In this document: positions 60,426 to 64,000 of the stretch, in pieces
Numbering within the stretch: position 1 is the stretch's first letter
Layout: the number at the start of each line of letters is the position of its first letter
NCBI GenBank assembly: GCA_010356995.1
Contig: ML996691.1
Coordinates: 812,174 to 876,173, forward strand
Source of the DNA: Trichodelitschia bisporula
Taxonomy: Eukaryota
Direction of reading: 5' to 3'
DNA: 64,000 nt
Notes under the pieces: model-generated
Told to the model about the DNA's origin: nothing
What the model saw: only the letters and a program-made list of their open reading frames with translations
The model's database searches: none
Position numbers and translations under genes: made by a program

Positions 60426-61587
60426 GCCATCGTATCTGCGACTATCATTAGCCACGACCCCCACCAGGCAAAGAAGCCACGTACACCTCGATAGATGACG
60501 CACGCCGTCGTCCCGCCATACCAGCTTCCTCGAGATCGTCAGCGCCGTCCAGGGTAGTTGACTGTGCCAGCGGAGCGTATTTCCAACGCGCGCGGCCGTC
60601 GCGCGAAGCAGCATGTAGCGTGGAAGACATGGCGAGGAGCGACGACGTCGATATTATGCGCCCCGGGAATCAGTCTGCGGCACGGCGGCCGACCGCCCGG
60701 ACCTGCCGTGCAGAGTGTTACGACAGCGACGGGCCTGTTGCCGTGGCCAGGAATCGGCCTGTGGCACCTTGGGGCCAGGTGTGTGCGCGGGGGTTGGCTA
60801 CGACATCTATGATCCAGAGCCGGGGAGGGGTACTATTTGCGCGGCGGGGGCGAGCCCTACGGTGCGGAGGAAGAGCTGTGGTAGACAGGCATTGAAACGC
60901 GGAGGTGTGAGAGGATGTATCCTCCTCTTTCAGGGTGGGGGTTTGTTGTCTGGGCGGAAGCGGACAGAGCGCGACGGCCGGAGTGGTGAAAGTCGAAGGC
61001 TTGCGCTGTCAACCGGAAACATGGACTCGTTCCTGCAGGTTAATGTCGGGCGAGTGAATGGCCAAGAGAAGATGTTGGATCTGATTCCCGGCATATATCT
61101 GCCTCGAATCGGATTATCGCCGGGGCTCGGTCCTCCCTCCAGTGCCCGGTCAAGTTGGAAGTGTGGGGGACGCTGACTGTGGAGAAGTGGAGCTCAACAT
61201 GACAATCCAGGAACTCCATCAACTGCATCTGGAACAAGTGATGAGCACCGTCACTGTGTAGGGTTTCTGTGTTCAGACACAGCAGATCTCAAAGCATTCA
61301 ACCCAAGACAGGCACGGCGCAGCAGACTACAACAGAGCGAAACTGTCGGCAAGGGTCAAGCTTGGGGATCTGAGCATCGTCATATACTTGACGGCCTTGA
61401 TCCAATGAGTATTAAAGTGCTAGTAAAGAGTAGGAGATGCAAGCGACGTCTTATCCATAGCTCGTAGTATAACATTTGCACATACAAGATGAATCGAATC
61501 TTCTCAGGTTCTCATTCCACCGTAAAAGCACCGCGAATCTCCATAGCGCGAGGACTACGGCTAGGGTATCAAAAGCCATAATCTGGA

Positions 61588-63211
61588 TCAAGCAAACAAT
61601 GTCCAAAAAGCTACTCCAAAAGCCGCTACCAGAGCCCAGCCGGTCTGCAATCTCACCGCACCGCTTCCATGAATCCCCAGCAACTCATCCTGCAGTCCGA
61701 AGGTGACATTCTGCGGAATAGCGGCATTCAAGCAGTTGCCGCCCACAATATCCACTCCCCTAAGGTCGTCAGGCACCTTGAAGAACATGTACTTGTTCTT
61801 AGGAAGGGTCTTGAACCCCTTGGTGTTGTAGGGGAACTTGTCTCCAGAGTCCGTAGCGGACGTGTTACGCAGAAATATGCACTGCACCTGGTCCGGATGG
61901 TCGACGGCCAGCTGTGGGTAGTCGCTCATGACATCGCTGTTGCTGGTGTCGGCAACGAGAATAAACTTGCGCTGAGGAAACGTCGCAAAAATCTTGTCGA
62001 GCAGGAACTTGCGAATGGACAGGGTTGCTGAAACGTCGCTGAAGTTCAAAGGACGGGTGTCGAATGAACCTCCAGGGTACGTCTTGTAGATGAAGTCCAT
62101 GTAGTTGCGAGTCACTTGTTCGGGAGTCGTGGTTAGGTAGTGGAAGTGCGTGTTAGGAATGTTCTTGGACCATTCGGCATAGATGTCAGGCATGTTCATC
62201 CATGGAGTGAATGGGCGCGCGAAAGAGTTTAGCAATCCCTCCTTCGGCTGGTAGATTTTGGTGACGCGCAGGATGTCGTCAATATCGCTGATGATCGTGA
62301 ACCCGGTAGGCGGAACGAGGTACGCCGTCGCGTTCCCGAGCTCCGAATTGTTCGCGTAGACGTTCAACCGCTGAATCAGCTGCGTAGTATTTCCGGCGAT
62401 GAGTCCATTATTGCTCTGGATAGGGACAAACACATCGAAGTCGCCCTGCGGTGTGGTCGGATACGGCAAAATCAAGTCCTGTGCTCCGCCTGGAGCCGGC
62501 ACGCCCCCTCCGCCGCCCTGCGCTCCGCTGGAACCGGCCGAGGGCGCAGGCTCAAGATGGACCTGGACAGTCTGATTGGCCTGTTGAACGACAAATATTT
62601 CCGCAGTCAAGTTACGCGCCTGGTCCTGCTCCGAAGGCTGAAGCTCGTCAATGTCGACCCCGATGAGGAATACGTTTGCGAGTTTGTTCAGCTTTTCGCG
62701 CGTAGTGTTCGGTTGTTTATAGACCTATGGCCACTTAGCATCATAAATGAGCCGACTTGGAGAGGCGTCAACGTACATTGCCGTGGAACCGCACATTCCA
62801 GCCTTTGTCGGTCCAATTGGCATACGGCGGGAGGTTCAGGACCTGGGTTGGCAGAGCAGCCAGCTGCTGATCGTCAATTCCCAGAGAGCTGGCCACCTTG
62901 TCCCCCGTAGGGAAGTCCTGGAAGAAATTGGGAATGCCTGTTTCTACGCGTTAGTCGAGTCTCTGCGACTGCTCTATCGAGGCCTACTGACCAGACGCGA
63001 CATACGAAGGGAAGGAACCGAGAACGGAGCCAACCTTCGACTCCAACTTGCTGAAGATGTCCCTTCGTTCGAGTGTCTTCGTCGGCTCGTATTGCACGCG
63101 GAAAGGGGTTATTTGGGGTTGTGGTGCGGCGACGGGATGCGGCAGGGGAGCTGGCGATGCGGCGACACCGTGTAACGCTCCCAAAAGGCCGAGTGACAAT
63201 AGCAATGCCAT
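61588..63211 (-). CDS. App1/DUF2183-family phosphatidate phosphatase-like protein with signal peptide and hydrophobic C-terminal tail
   Basis: Signal peptide MALLLSLGLLGALHGVAA; IISDIDDILRVT, FHYLTTTPEQ, FPQRKFILVADTSNSD, CIFLRN match the App1 catalytic pattern; two introns; C-terminus GSGAVRLQTGWALVAAFGVAFWTLFA. Confidence 0.82.
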
Positions 63212-64000
63212 GATGCGTGCAAGGAATTTTCAACTGCGAACACCGCTTTTGGGCTGGTACAGTAAAGTACTAGGGATGCTAAGAACCGCGGAACTGGACG
63301 ACAAGCGAATGGCACAACCGGGCGCAGCGAGCCCAGCGTGAGGAAGTGCCGATTGCGGTTGTTTCGCCTTTGGTGTTTTTCCTGGAAACGGCTCGGACTT
63401 TGGGGCTGCGCGCTGTGGGTGGGGGGAGGGTGCGGCTTTTAAAGTTCCGCCTTCCCAAAAGGCTGAGATTTGGAGAAGTATGTGTTCCACGCGACTGTCC
63501 TCTCAGGTAGCCTTCAAGTAAGAGGGAATTGGCTGCAGAGTGCTCAATATACAATGTTTACCAGACGCCAGACGATCACGGATCAGGACAACAACCTGCA
63601 GCTTCCAAGGAATCTCACTCTGCATAGCTGCAGTTCCCACATCCCTTGCCACTCCTCAGCCACACGAGCCAACTCCACGTCTTGTAACCCTGAGACGCCG
63701 CAAAACTTGGCCCCCTCGGCCCCTTGGCCCCATCGATGACCTCATTAGCTAATAGTGGAGTCGTACTACGTACGGTACCAGCCGTGCCAGCCCACGCTAG
63801 CACAGCCAGCTTCCAAGCCCTACGGCTTGGTCGGTCCTCCAATTTGGCCCCGACATCACGTGAACCTGTGCGTAGAGACCGAAAATATGGCATCTACAGC
63901 TCTTCTCTCAGAACAACGAAAGAACTAGGACAATTAGCTGATCTCAGATGCCAGTAGTCAAGAATCATCACCTATTAATGGCCAAGGTAGATGTCTGTAG

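Noticed and set aside
54855..63211. Three co-oriented genes (MFS, PTR2, App1-like) as a nutrient or metabolite cluster
   Set aside because: No biosynthetic backbone enzyme, pathway regulator or shared motif; adjacency alone is not evidence.

Overview
Eukaryotic, intron-containing, gene-dense genomic DNA from a filamentous ascomycete (Pezizomycotina). Short GT-AG introns with CTRAC branch points and the gene set support this; the species cannot be fixed from the sequence. I support 21 protein-coding genes, mostly housekeeping: GH76 (DCW1/DFG5-like, cut by the window edge), LPD1, a predicted mitochondrial membrane protein, a CIR_N/LENG1-like protein, a conserved fungal hypothetical, RRP14, a FlbE-like regulator, a CAK/CDK-like kinase, SYP1, a TPT/SLC35 transporter, a CUE-AlkB-GRF dioxygenase, PEX7, a cytochrome b561 protein, a TBC RabGAP, a polyQ coiled-coil protein behind a ~10.5 kb gene desert, an HSL-family hydrolase, FCP1, an F-box-like protein, an MFS (Dal5/Tna1-type) permease, a PTR2-type peptide transporter and a secreted App1-like phosphatase. 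I found no transposon, RIP-like AT block, rRNA/tRNA, CRISPR array or secondary-metabolite cluster, and no single novel multi-gene system is evident. The best leads are: (1) a CUE + AlkB + GRF repair enzyme with a tandem SUMO-motif tail; (2) a possible KIX-like module fused to a CAK-type kinase; (3) an ATG-depleted ~1.9 kb leader with uORFs before the polyQ gene; (4) a 118-codon in-frame extension behind the PTR2 stop; (5) a signal-peptide/GPI-type App1 phosphatase; (6) a recurring non-coding TACGGAGTA motif; (7) atypical introns. Exon boundaries were read by eye and family assignments come from recalled motifs, not database searches.
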